Source: a virus
Taxonomy: Duplodnaviria > Caudoviricetes
Length of the DNA stretch: 40,617 nt
IMG/VR virus record: IMGVR_UViG_3300005323_000022
Span: 1 to 40,617 of that record
Reading direction: 5' to 3' (one strand)
Shown: in pieces, positions 1 through 9,540 of the stretch
How positions within the stretch are numbered: position 1 is the stretch's first letter
Layout: each line of letters starts with the position of its first letter
Position numbers and translations under genes: made by a program
The notes under the pieces: model-generated
The model's input: only the letters and a program-made list of their open reading frames with translations
Databases searched by the model: none
Told to the model about the DNA's origin: nothing

Positions 1-123
1 CCTTCAAAGAAACTGGCGATCTTGCGTTTCGCCCACCCGCCGCAGATAAGCAGAGACGGATTTCCGCCATAACCCCAAATGGTTTGAACCATGTCCTCGA
101 TATTCTTCAGGGTCAAGGCTGCG
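1..123. repeat. Terminal direct overlap, identical to 40495-40617 (circular assembly)
   Basis: CCTTCAAAGAAACTGG...GGTCAAGGCTGCG occurs at both ends; the capsid ORF reads in frame through the join. Confidence 0.97.
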
Positions 124-830
124 GTTGAGCAATTCGTGGTATTGGTTGAAATGAAAACATCCAACCCGCCGCAGTCTCGATTGGTTGTTGCGGAACCGGC
201 ATCACGAACGCCAAAGTATGGCTTTTTTGTGAGCTGGATTTTTAGTTCGTCCATTTTCTTATCGATCTCATAGTCGATCAGATTGGGAATACCATATCTC
301 TGTAAGCGTGCATCTGACCGCGAGATTTCAATATTTTTGTGAAGGATGAACGAATAGTTGTAGCCCGAGGTTGGCTGGGTGAAGTGAGAGTCCGACGCAG
401 TCGCTCCTTCGAGCCGAGCCTGTGAAACAATATAGGCAACCGTGCTGTTCGCATGGGTGGCTTGTGTTCCACTGTGATTGCGCTCGATGGTAACGGTATT
501 GCTTGAGATACCGGACACAATCACATATTCTGACTCGATGAGCACGATATCGCCGACATGGAATTTGCTGCCGTCGGTTGCGCTGAATGTGGTTGTAGTT
601 GAGTCGGATGCCAGCCCGGAATTTACGATATCGGAAACATCTGAATAGGCATCTTCAAGCCATTCGTAGACTTTTCCGGGGGCATTAACAAATTTGAATT
701 TAGATTCCGCGTCCAAGCCAAAGGCATTGATAAGCGGAATATCCATCGGGTCGCTAAATAAAATGCGATCCGATACGACACGTTTCTGTGGGACGGTCCC
801 CACATAAGAAGTTTGCATTCCTTGAGCCAT
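1..830 (-). CDS. Major capsid protein, 5' part (DUF5309/SU10-like); continues at 40494-40191, about 377 aa in total
   Basis: Manual translation from ATG at 830 (MAQGMQTSYVGTVPQKRVVSDRI...VYEWLED...ARLEGA...GGLDVFI) is open to base 1 and joins the 40191..40610 ORF; follows the scaffold gene; missed by the ORF track because of the break. Confidence 0.85.
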   Translation of the reverse strand, partial: MAQGMQTSYVGTVPQKRVVSDRILFSDPMDIPLINAFGLDAESKFKFVNAPGKVYEWLEDAYSDVSDIVNSGLASDSTTTTFSATDGSKFHVGDIVLIESEYVIVSGISSNTVTIERNHSGTQATHANSTVAYIVSQARLEGATASDSHFTQPTSGYNYSFILHKNIEISRSDARLQRYGIPNLIDYEIDKKMDELKIQLTKKPYFGVRDAGSATTNRDCGGLDVFISTNTTNCSTAALTLKNIEDMVQTIWGYGGNPSLLICGGWAKRKIASFFE

Positions 831-856
831 TACTTATCTCCCTGCGGGAGATGCTC

Positions 857-1609
857 TCACCACGTCAGGCGAATATTGTCAACATCAACACCTTTTTGTC
901 TGTACCTGGTTTTGATCTCGTTGGCAACTTTCATTCCTTTACCGCGGTTTTCCAGCATTTCCCGCTGATATTGTTGAATTAGATTAGCCGGTGCACTGCC
1001 GGTGGCAACTGCGCCGGGCGTTGCGGCAGGACTTCCGGCCGGGCGGGAGGCTCGCTGTTTCTTGGCTTCGATAGCTTTCCGCACCGATTCGAGAAACGCA
1101 GAAGGGTCATCCGTCTCGCCGTCCACGAGCGATAGCTCTGGATCGTCTTTTTCGAGAACGACACCCGCTTTCTGCATCATCAGTTGAGCGGTAGCGGTAA
1201 CCGGATCAACCTGTGGTGCATTCGGCTGAGCAACCGTCTGCTGAACAGATTGATTGGAAGGCGGTGAATCACCGGTCATCAAAGCCTGGTGGACGGCGCG
1301 GTCTTTCAGTTGTGCAATTTGTTCATCGGTAAACTGCATTCCCGTTGACTTGCCGAGATCAACCAGCTTTGCAACCTCGTCTACAGCCTCCTTGACGCGC
1401 TTATCGAGCCTGGAAACATTCTTATCAACGAATCCTTGAAACTTGCGCTCCTGTTCTTGAAGCACACGGGTGAATTCGTCACGTGAAACATATTGCGGTT
1501 GCTGGTCCTGCACCTGCTCCAATTGTGGAGCGTTCACATTCTGGTCAACCTGCCCGGATTGGCCGTCCTGCTGCGCAGAAACATCGTCGCTTGCTGTTCC
1601 AATAGCCAT
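857..1609 (-). CDS. Putative capsid scaffolding protein (about 250 aa)
   Basis: Q/D/A-rich helical protein directly upstream of the capsid gene; start moved to ATG 1609 behind CAGGAGG. Confidence 0.65.
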   Translation of the reverse strand: MAIGTASDDVSAQQDGQSGQVDQNVNAPQLEQVQDQQPQYVSRDEFTRVLQEQERKFQGFVDKNVSRLDKRVKEAVDEVAKLVDLGKSTGMQFTDEQIAQLKDRAVHQALMTGDSPPSNQSVQQTVAQPNAPQVDPVTATAQLMMQKAGVVLEKDDPELSLVDGETDDPSAFLESVRKAIEAKKQRASRPAGSPAATPGAVATGSAPANLIQQYQREMLENRGKGMKVANEIKTRYRQKGVDVDNIRLTW

Positions 1610-1628
1610 TCGAAAACCTCCTGAAAAC

Positions 1629-1659
1629 AAAAAACCCCGTTCCAAATTTGGAACGGGGT
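1629..1659 (-). terminator. Intrinsic terminator in the leader of the scaffold/capsid genes
   Basis: ACCCCGTTCC-AAATTT-GGAACGGGGT followed by a U-run on the minus strand, just before the RBS. Confidence 0.8.
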
Positions 1660-1838
1660 GTATAACCACGTCTTGCTGCGGTTGCCGGTAATATAACCGG
1701 CCATATTCAATTAGTTAAGTAACTAATGGTTAAGTTACCTAATTAATATTATACCTCTTTTCAATGGATTTCACTATCATAATTAACAGGCCGCGAATCC
1801 ACAGCGCGAACTCTCGATCTCCCAGAACGACAAACTTA

Positions 1839-4800
1839 TTAATGTCCATTCACTGCACCTCTTACTGCCGCAAGATACTTGTCGAATGAACCGCCGGGTT
1901 CGCCTGCAAGTTCCCATTGCCGGCGTAGTTCTTCGCGCGCTCCCTGGCTCAACTGCTGCCCGGCAAACGCCCAGCCAAATAACTGCCGGGTGAGCGCAGA
2001 ATCAAAACCTTCAAGGTCCTGCGCCGTCACAGTGGCTGTGTTTTGCGACGGCTGGTTGTAGACAACCGTCGAACTCTCGCCCGCGATCCGATTGCGCAGA
2101 CTTTCCTCACTCAGGATATACGGAGCGGCGGTCGGCATGTCGGCCGCCCACTTGGTGCGCATGTCCCAATACTCGGATAGTTCCGGATGCTGTTTTAGAA
2201 AAGATTTCTTCTGTGCGCTATTTTGTAGATTGTAGTAAGCATCCTGTGTGTCAAAGATACCCGGATACCGATTGTCACGCTCCGATCTAAATTGGTACAC
2301 ATACGCCTGGATTTCCTGTGGAAGCCCATATAGATTAGACAGGTCTGATGTAACATACTGCGCAATCTGCGGGTTTTTTGCAATATAATTCTGCCGCCAT
2401 TGAGTATATTCATCGAGCCTTTCCTGGTATTTCACCTGGTCTTCTTCCGGAAGGGAATAAATCTCGCCAATATCCGGAAACAGTTTATCTCTTTCATCGT
2501 TATATGCTTGTACTTTATCGGATATTGCTTTCTCCGCAAGCTGTAACTGCATCTGCCCAGCCTGTACGCCCGCCGCATCCCCGCCCAATGCCCTGGCCCA
2601 CATTGCGTATGTCCCGGTGTCGATGCTATCGTAACTGCGAGTCTCTTTGTTTAAGAAGGAATCGGTGAAGATGCTTCCAAACTGTTCTTTTGCCTGATCT
2701 TTGTGCAGGTCAGAAAGATTATGCCAGCCATCCCATACTTCTGATTTCAAGAACATGCGCAGCTTTGCTTCCGGGTCGGACTGCCACGCCAGGCGCTGCG
2801 CTTCGTATTCCGGGAAGGCGTCATCAAATTTACCCAACGCCTCATCGTCGCCGTTCTTCCACGCCTCGATTGCCTTGTCGTATTCACTGCGCAATGCGCG
2901 CTGGTCCTCTTCACCCTCCGGGAAGAAATCCACACCCAGGGGTGCGCCGATATACTGGAAGAAGCCAAGCTTCGCTACCTTACGCTGCGCCTCTTCGAAG
3001 GCCGGGCCTTCCCGGTAGATCATGGCTCGCTTGGCATCGTCCGTGGTCACCTCGCCCATTGCCGTCATACTGGCCAGCATCCGGTCAACCCGGTAATCAT
3101 AGAAGCGATCCACTTCCGGCAGCCCCATACCCTTGCGCACCTTTCCAAACAGGTTCACGCCTGCCGGACCGCCGATACCCAACAGCCCGGTCACCGCCTG
3201 AATACCACGCGTGACCGGCAACTGGCTGATTCGCTCCGGTCGTCCCATTGCCAATTGATAGGCATACTGGATTGGCAGGCTCGCACCATACAGCAGCGAG
3301 ATAGCGTCGAACGGGTTGGCAACTTCAAGGTCAATGTCTTTTTTGGCGCGTGCTTTTGCCTTATCCCATAACGCCCCGCTGCCTGTATCAATCGCTGTCT
3401 GTGCTTCGGCAGCAGTAATTTCTTCGTCGGCTGTCATGTCTTGCAGCGTGCTCACCGTCTTGCGGTAGATCAGGTTATTTTGCTCGGCCATCTTGGTAGG
3501 CAGTTGTCCAAATTGTGCAAACGGAAAGACCAGCCGGTAAGGATCGAAGAATATACCATCGCCCATCCACTCCGGCAGAAACGGCAGCCGGATTCCTATT
3601 TTTCCAACCAGCCGCGTCGGGAAGCCTTCGCGTTCCACTGTGCCCTGCTGGAACTCTTTCAGTCTGGCGTAGTTTGCAAAGATCGACGGCCGATCAATTG
3701 CCCGCCGCGCCCAGTTCAGCATCGAGCGTGTATACCAGAACTGGTACGGGAATACAACGCCAGCCCACGTGTCCCAGTTGGAACGCCGGTTGTAATTCAG
3801 CAGCGAATAGTCCCTGACTTCCTGTCCCCATTTCAGGCTGGCCAGTTTTACCTCGTTCATCTGCGGTTTCACTGTGCCGAGCCATCCGCGCACCTGTTTC
3901 AGTGTCGCGTTGGTCATTGCCTCCACTTCGGCATCCCCCAGGGTCGGGTTCGCGCGTTTCACGCCAGCCCGCACCTGGTCGGGGAATGAGCCGGTCTGCG
4001 TCATATCCGCTTCAAGCAGCCGCGTTTCCAGGTCGCGCATGGCCGGGTCAACCATCGTATTCCAGCCTTCAAGCGTTGCCTCATCAATCGGCTGCGGGCT
4101 GTACTTCTCCACCTCGCCCAGCGGCATCTTCACGGCTTCGGGTTCTGGGGCTGTGTTGATGACAGGCTTTACTTCCTCAACTTTCGGCGCCTCAACAACG
4201 CCGGTCAGATTCACTTCTTCCGCTTTCGCAGTCTTGCGCGCCTCAGTCATGGCTTGCATATCGCCCCAGGTCAGTTCATCCAGGCGGGCGATTTTCTTCC
4301 CCGGCACGTACTTGTTGTAGGCGTTAATCATGTGACGCGGGTCACGGTAGCCTTCCGCATCCATATATCTCCGCAGCAGCGTCCCGGGAACTTTTGTCAG
4401 CGGCGTATCTCCTGGAAGTTCCGGATAAGGCATTACCGGACCCGGTGGTGTCGTAATTTCTCGCGGTGGAACCTGCGCCATCGCTCCTGCGTTGACCATG
4501 TTCTCCTGCATATAATTTGCCTGCATCGGTTTGACAACCTGTTCGGTGAAAGCGCGGTACGCAATATGCCGGTCTTGTGCGCCCATCCCATCCACCGCCC
4601 GCCCGCCGGTGATCTTGTCGATCTGTGTTTTTAGCGCAAGCCGTTCCTCGCCAAAATTCGCCAGGCCGGAAGCATCGCCGGTGCGGAAGTAGATATTTGC
4701 CTCCGCCATCATCTCGCGGATATTCATAATCCCGGCCCGCCATGCCGCCGCAGCATCTGCATTCGAAAACTGACGCCCGAACAGGTCAACAAACAGCGTG

Positions 4801-7800
4801 TCCAATTCGAGCTGCAACCCGCTTTCAATCCCGAGTGCATCGCGGTATTGCCGGTTCATTGCCTGCTTTATAAAATCATGATACGTGCCGTACAGGTCTG
4901 CGTTGACATCGGTCACGGGTAGGAACTCGTCACCCAAAATATCGTCCAGGGCGCGGTTCAATTCGTTCAACGCTCCCAGGTTTTTGTCGTAAGCCACTTC
5001 GCTCATCAGGTTGTACAGCTTCGAGCGCGTATCGTAAAACGCCGCCCAGTTTTGCCGCTGGTTGATCAGGATATCAGTTGCATTCTGTACAACCGCGCTG
5101 TCGCCGCTCTCTTTCAGGGCATCGACCACGCCTTGAACATGGTCGTCAAATACGTCCCACTGCGTGCGCCATTCCGCATCCGATCTTGCAAGCTCCTGCG
5201 CCAGGTACTTGCTGCGGCCCTTGCCGGTGAGCTGGTTGGCAACTTCGAACACGTGCCCCATTTTGTCATGATGGGCATTCCAGAAGTCGATATGCTCCAT
5301 CCAGATACGATCCCATATCTCCAGCCCGGCCTGTGCACCCTCGCCTGTAACGCGGTTGAAGGCTTGCATCTGGCGTCCCATCTTATTGGCTGTCAGTTTC
5401 TTTTGAATGGAGTCGAAAACCTGCTTCTTTACGTCGTCCAGCGCCCGTACAATATCCGCCCTGGTGTTGGCGGTTTTGAGTTTATCGGCCAGGGCGTCAT
5501 ACAGCCCCAACTCGCTGAACAGCTGTTTCGCTTCGGGTGTCAGGGCGCGGTCAAGGTTATCCAGTTTATATCCGCTGGTGAAGTTATCTTCAACCTCCTT
5601 CCAGTTCATCCCGCCTTCGATTTTACGGTATACGCTGTCCGGATCAATACCGATATCTACCAGCGACTTTGCCGTAGTGCTATCCATCCCTGAAAACCCG
5701 GAGCCGTGCTTCCACATGCTGTGATAGGCATTGCGCATCCCGCTGTAGAAGGCAATCTTGGAAGACCAGCTCTCGATCTTTGAGCTGTATTTTGTAGCCA
5801 GTCCCCACTTGCTGGCCGCATCGCGAAACAGATCATCCAATTTGGTTATCGTATCTGCTTTGGCCGGTCTCTTTGCGGCGCGGATGGCGCTTCCAAGATC
5901 GGCGGCTTTCTCTCCGATCTCTGCCGCGCCGATGCCGGCGCTGAAGCGTGTCGGCTCGATGCCAATGCGGGCGATAAATTTCGCCTGTTCCGCCGCCCCA
6001 TCCAGCGCCAACGCGCCGGAGTGCGCCATCGTACCGATGTTTGTAATAAAGTTATTTACCAGATATGAAGGGTTCAGTCCGAGCAGTACCAAAGATTGTG
6101 CGTTTTTAATTGTGTTTCCGAGCCGCACCAGCCACCGGTCAGGCTTCACCCCAAACCAATCCACCGCGCTCTTTTCAACCTTCTCCGATAACAAGTCGAT
6201 GAGTTTATATTTGTATTCATCGAATGTCAGCGGGAAATTACCCTTCCTGAAGTCACTCGCCATGTTGTACATCTTGTCGCCTGTCATTGGACCGGCAGGA
6301 TCGTTGATCGACTTCAGCAGGTCGGCTGCTTTGGCATCACCGGCTTTTGCCATATCGTCCAACTTGCTTTGCAGCAGGTTGATGGTATCATTCGCCCCCT
6401 TGACGGTGGACATATCCTCAACCATCTTTGCGGGTGTGACGCCCAGGATATCAGCCATGTTGTTCAGCATAGTGCGTCTGTTATTGCTGATCCTGAAGTT
6501 GTCGGATATGTCATCAATCATGGGAACATGCTCGCGCATCATCAGCGGGAACACGCCGCCCTCGGCGCTGTTCAGCCAGCTTGCATTCGCCACCTGCGCC
6601 ACCTCTGCCGGTGTTCCATTGGCCGCCAGGTGCAGAAGCTTCTGCACCTCATCGACGCTCTGCGCCTGGTCGATCAGGATATTGGCATTATCGCGGAACG
6701 TCACCGTCGTCTCATGGGCTTTGCTTGCAGCGGGTAACTCGTTGAGCCACAGACGACGGTTCTTCAGGTCAAATCCTGGTTTTGGCTCGGCGATGAAGTC
6801 TGGAGCTGCCCGCCCGCCAGGAAGCGTAGAAACACCTCCAAGCCACTTCTCAAATTTACTCAAGTCGTCAACCGGGGTCTGCCGGATGATCTGTTGATAA
6901 GCCTTCAGCGTTTCGGTCGGCCCTCTGCCTAACGTCGCAGCCGTTTTCAGCAGCGGGTTTTTTGACGCTTTGGCAATATCTCCCACAACTTGTGAAACAC
7001 CCAGTGGAAGCAGGTTGTACAAATCAAATATCACATGCGCCATCAACTCATGCCGCTGACCGGTAAAGCCAAAGCGGTTGCGCATGTCCTGGAACACATC
7101 TTCAAGCGACTCTTTGCTGCCGCCATTCTCAATAGCGGCCAATCGAGTACGCGTCTCTGCTATTGCCGCCGCCCCGGCCTGTTCTTCGCTAAGATACGTC
7201 GGTTGCGGCTGCCCTAAATTCCATACCTTTTGCCGGTAATCTTCCTGTCCCGTTCCAAACAGTGACGCCTTTAAATAATCAATCTGCTGAACCGGTCCAC
7301 CGCTCGGCATTGCAGTATAAAACATCGTCGCTGCCTGCCACGCCTGCGGTAAGTTCTTGATAATTTCACCGACCGTGCCATAGCGATCGGGGTCAGCGAT
7401 AGCATAACCCAACTGGGTCGCCATCCCAAACAGGCGTTCCGGAATTTCCGCGCCCCAGTCCAGAAGACCGGATGCAAAACCCGTTCCCTGATCCGGCTCG
7501 GCATTGGTTGCCCATGTAAACAATCTGGATAAGGCTGTATTCGGTGTTTTTTGCGCTGCTTCACCGGCCGCGCCCAGCGCCGTACCAACACCTGCGCCAA
7601 CAACGGCGCCAACCGGACCACCCGCAAGGCCAAGTGTACCTCCCAGCGCTGCCCCGAACTTTGGTCCACTCGACATGACGGGGATGATTACCTTCTGCCA
7701 CCACGGCAGCTTATCCCATTCCACATCCTGTATACCAAACGTCGCATCCGTCCCGGGCGCAACCGACGGCGGCTCGTACAGGCTCCATTCCGCATTCTTT

Positions 7801-8261
7801 TGTTCCCAATCCGGCATCACCTCTGCCGGCGGTGCAGTAAGCGAACGAAGATATGCCGTACCCGGATCGTCCTCGGCAAGAGGCTCCCAGCGGTACCAGG
7901 GTTTGCCTGGATTGCGAAACTCAAGGTATTTATAGGCGGTATCGATTGCGTCGCGGTCCAGCCACGGCGGCGCTTGCTCGATATCACCCGCCCGGAACGC
8001 ATTAGCATACCGCGCCACGCGCTGCGGGTTCTCCCAGTATGTCGCCTTGCCGGGAACCGTGACGCCGAAATCCTCAACCTGGTTTTGTCCAGGCGGGAGG
8101 ATGGACAGCGTACCGCCTTGTTCTGCCAGTGCTTGTGGTAATGCCGCCAGTGCCTGCTGACCAACCTTGAATTGAACAGGAAGTCCGGCAGGACCAACGG
8201 TCAAACCATTCTGTTGATTACCGGGTTTATACTCTTCGCCGGGTACAATTGGCTTCGGCAA
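1839..8261 (-). CDS. Giant putative internal virion/DNA-ejection protein (2140 aa)
   Basis: Long ORF in the late module with a Gly/Ala-rich hydrophobic stretch (GAALGGTLGLAGGPVGAVVGAG); no catalytic motif recognised. Confidence 0.6.
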   Translation of the reverse strand: MPKPIVPGEEYKPGNQQNGLTVGPAGLPVQFKVGQQALAALPQALAEQGGTLSILPPGQNQVEDFGVTVPGKATYWENPQRVARYANAFRAGDIEQAPPWLDRDAIDTAYKYLEFRNPGKPWYRWEPLAEDDPGTAYLRSLTAPPAEVMPDWEQKNAEWSLYEPPSVAPGTDATFGIQDVEWDKLPWWQKVIIPVMSSGPKFGAALGGTLGLAGGPVGAVVGAGVGTALGAAGEAAQKTPNTALSRLFTWATNAEPDQGTGFASGLLDWGAEIPERLFGMATQLGYAIADPDRYGTVGEIIKNLPQAWQAATMFYTAMPSGGPVQQIDYLKASLFGTGQEDYRQKVWNLGQPQPTYLSEEQAGAAAIAETRTRLAAIENGGSKESLEDVFQDMRNRFGFTGQRHELMAHVIFDLYNLLPLGVSQVVGDIAKASKNPLLKTAATLGRGPTETLKAYQQIIRQTPVDDLSKFEKWLGGVSTLPGGRAAPDFIAEPKPGFDLKNRRLWLNELPAASKAHETTVTFRDNANILIDQAQSVDEVQKLLHLAANGTPAEVAQVANASWLNSAEGGVFPLMMREHVPMIDDISDNFRISNNRRTMLNNMADILGVTPAKMVEDMSTVKGANDTINLLQSKLDDMAKAGDAKAADLLKSINDPAGPMTGDKMYNMASDFRKGNFPLTFDEYKYKLIDLLSEKVEKSAVDWFGVKPDRWLVRLGNTIKNAQSLVLLGLNPSYLVNNFITNIGTMAHSGALALDGAAEQAKFIARIGIEPTRFSAGIGAAEIGEKAADLGSAIRAAKRPAKADTITKLDDLFRDAASKWGLATKYSSKIESWSSKIAFYSGMRNAYHSMWKHGSGFSGMDSTTAKSLVDIGIDPDSVYRKIEGGMNWKEVEDNFTSGYKLDNLDRALTPEAKQLFSELGLYDALADKLKTANTRADIVRALDDVKKQVFDSIQKKLTANKMGRQMQAFNRVTGEGAQAGLEIWDRIWMEHIDFWNAHHDKMGHVFEVANQLTGKGRSKYLAQELARSDAEWRTQWDVFDDHVQGVVDALKESGDSAVVQNATDILINQRQNWAAFYDTRSKLYNLMSEVAYDKNLGALNELNRALDDILGDEFLPVTDVNADLYGTYHDFIKQAMNRQYRDALGIESGLQLELDTLFVDLFGRQFSNADAAAAWRAGIMNIREMMAEANIYFRTGDASGLANFGEERLALKTQIDKITGGRAVDGMGAQDRHIAYRAFTEQVVKPMQANYMQENMVNAGAMAQVPPREITTPPGPVMPYPELPGDTPLTKVPGTLLRRYMDAEGYRDPRHMINAYNKYVPGKKIARLDELTWGDMQAMTEARKTAKAEEVNLTGVVEAPKVEEVKPVINTAPEPEAVKMPLGEVEKYSPQPIDEATLEGWNTMVDPAMRDLETRLLEADMTQTGSFPDQVRAGVKRANPTLGDAEVEAMTNATLKQVRGWLGTVKPQMNEVKLASLKWGQEVRDYSLLNYNRRSNWDTWAGVVFPYQFWYTRSMLNWARRAIDRPSIFANYARLKEFQQGTVEREGFPTRLVGKIGIRLPFLPEWMGDGIFFDPYRLVFPFAQFGQLPTKMAEQNNLIYRKTVSTLQDMTADEEITAAEAQTAIDTGSGALWDKAKARAKKDIDLEVANPFDAISLLYGASLPIQYAYQLAMGRPERISQLPVTRGIQAVTGLLGIGGPAGVNLFGKVRKGMGLPEVDRFYDYRVDRMLASMTAMGEVTTDDAKRAMIYREGPAFEEAQRKVAKLGFFQYIGAPLGVDFFPEGEEDQRALRSEYDKAIEAWKNGDDEALGKFDDAFPEYEAQRLAWQSDPEAKLRMFLKSEVWDGWHNLSDLHKDQAKEQFGSIFTDSFLNKETRSYDSIDTGTYAMWARALGGDAAGVQAGQMQLQLAEKAISDKVQAYNDERDKLFPDIGEIYSLPEEDQVKYQERLDEYTQWRQNYIAKNPQIAQYVTSDLSNLYGLPQEIQAYVYQFRSERDNRYPGIFDTQDAYYNLQNSAQKKSFLKQHPELSEYWDMRTKWAADMPTAAPYILSEESLRNRIAGESSTVVYNQPSQNTATVTAQDLEGFDSALTRQLFGWAFAGQQLSQGAREELRRQWELAGEPGGSFDKYLAAVRGAVNGH

Positions 8262-9287
8262 TTACATTCTCCAGTTTATTAATCCATTGGACCAGGAAGG
8301 ACTGTATGAACTGCCGCCATAATCGTATCCGTATCCGCTTCCACCTCCGCCTCCATAAGAGCGATAGCGTACTGGATACCCATTGCCGCCTCCCGATGTT
8401 GTTGGCGTCTGTCTGCCAAGCAATGCAGTTAATTGTTCTGCCAGCCGTCCTTGCTGAAACTTGAACGTATCTGCCAGTTGCCGCCCGGTTGTATTCTGCT
8501 GTAACCAGCGTAGCGCCAAGTTTTGATAGGTATCCGGGAGCATAGAGGATGATCGGTTCGGAATACCAAGCTTGTAATAATCAAGCGTGGATTGAACCAG
8601 CGGATTGAATGTATCCGGGAGCATGCTGCCGCCGTATGCGTTGTAGAGCGCGTTCCAATACGGGTAATAGGTTTGGCTTCCGCGCCCGTACTGTTCCAGT
8701 GCAGCCTGCGCCATCGTTTTATTAAGAACGCTATTGGCAGTTATGCCTTTATCCTTGCCTTGCTCGCTGAATTTTACCGGGGACGTCTCCGTTTTTGTCT
8801 TGTCTTTGCCGCTGCCATACGCAGAAGTATCAGCCCAGTTAAAACCAGTGCTGTCCATAGCCCAACCTGGAACATTGGCATTTCCGATATTCCATCCTGG
8901 CGGCTGTGTACCCCGAAAGGGAAAACCGTTGGCATATCCATACCCCTCCGGCATACCAGGAACACTACCCACACCTAAACCAGCCTCAACGGTTTGGGCC
9001 GGATACCTTTGCTGGGTTACGGCTGATGGTCCATAGCTCACGCCAACCGGGATGACCTCGCCCTCCTGTAAGCCTGACATGTAATAACTGGCTGTCGGGC
9101 TTACGGTTGCTGCCGGGTATGGGCCATATGTACGCGTGCCGGGAATGACAGAGCCATTAATCCCGGACATAAACTCAATTCTTGGAGCAGATTGCTGCTG
9201 TTGTTTCTGTTCCACCGCTCGCAGATCGCCCATGCCGACCGACTTATTACTGCCGCCCGCGCCTGCAATTCCTAGACTATACGCCAT
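8262..9287 (-). CDS. Gly/Ser/Tyr-rich putative internal virion protein (341 aa)
   Basis: GGAGG RBS, low-complexity composition, abuts the giant ORF. Confidence 0.5.
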   Translation of the reverse strand: MAYSLGIAGAGGSNKSVGMGDLRAVEQKQQQQSAPRIEFMSGINGSVIPGTRTYGPYPAATVSPTASYYMSGLQEGEVIPVGVSYGPSAVTQQRYPAQTVEAGLGVGSVPGMPEGYGYANGFPFRGTQPPGWNIGNANVPGWAMDSTGFNWADTSAYGSGKDKTKTETSPVKFSEQGKDKGITANSVLNKTMAQAALEQYGRGSQTYYPYWNALYNAYGGSMLPDTFNPLVQSTLDYYKLGIPNRSSSMLPDTYQNLALRWLQQNTTGRQLADTFKFQQGRLAEQLTALLGRQTPTTSGGGNGYPVRYRSYGGGGGSGYGYDYGGSSYSPSWSNGLINWRM

Positions 9288-9540
9288 ACTTTACCTCCTT
9301 ATTTTGTTTCTTTCTCGCCTCCGCACTCATGCGGTCCAATTCCCGCCATTCGCGCGGGTTCATCTGCCGGCTTATCTGCTGCACTTCCGGAGGCAGCCGC
9401 TGTAATTGGTCGGTCATCATCCCGAGCATAGTATTGGCTGCCGGCGCGTAGAACTGCGCGTCAAATTCAGCTTTCCATTTTTCAAAGCGGCCCATCGCAC
9501 GCAGCCATGCCGATTCAATATTCGATAAATCCGTCATCAC
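9277..9540 (-). CDS. Hypothetical protein (87 aa)
   Basis: Overlaps the portal stop and the next start. Confidence 0.65.
   Translation of the reverse strand: MMTDLSNIESAWLRAMGRFEKWKAEFDAQFYAPAANTMLGMMTDQLQRLPPEVQQISRQMNPREWRELDRMSAEARKKQNKEVKYGV

Noticed and set aside
1839-8261. Tape measure protein
   Set aside because: No tail tube or chaperone genes nearby and no tape-measure repeat pattern; context fits an internal virion protein
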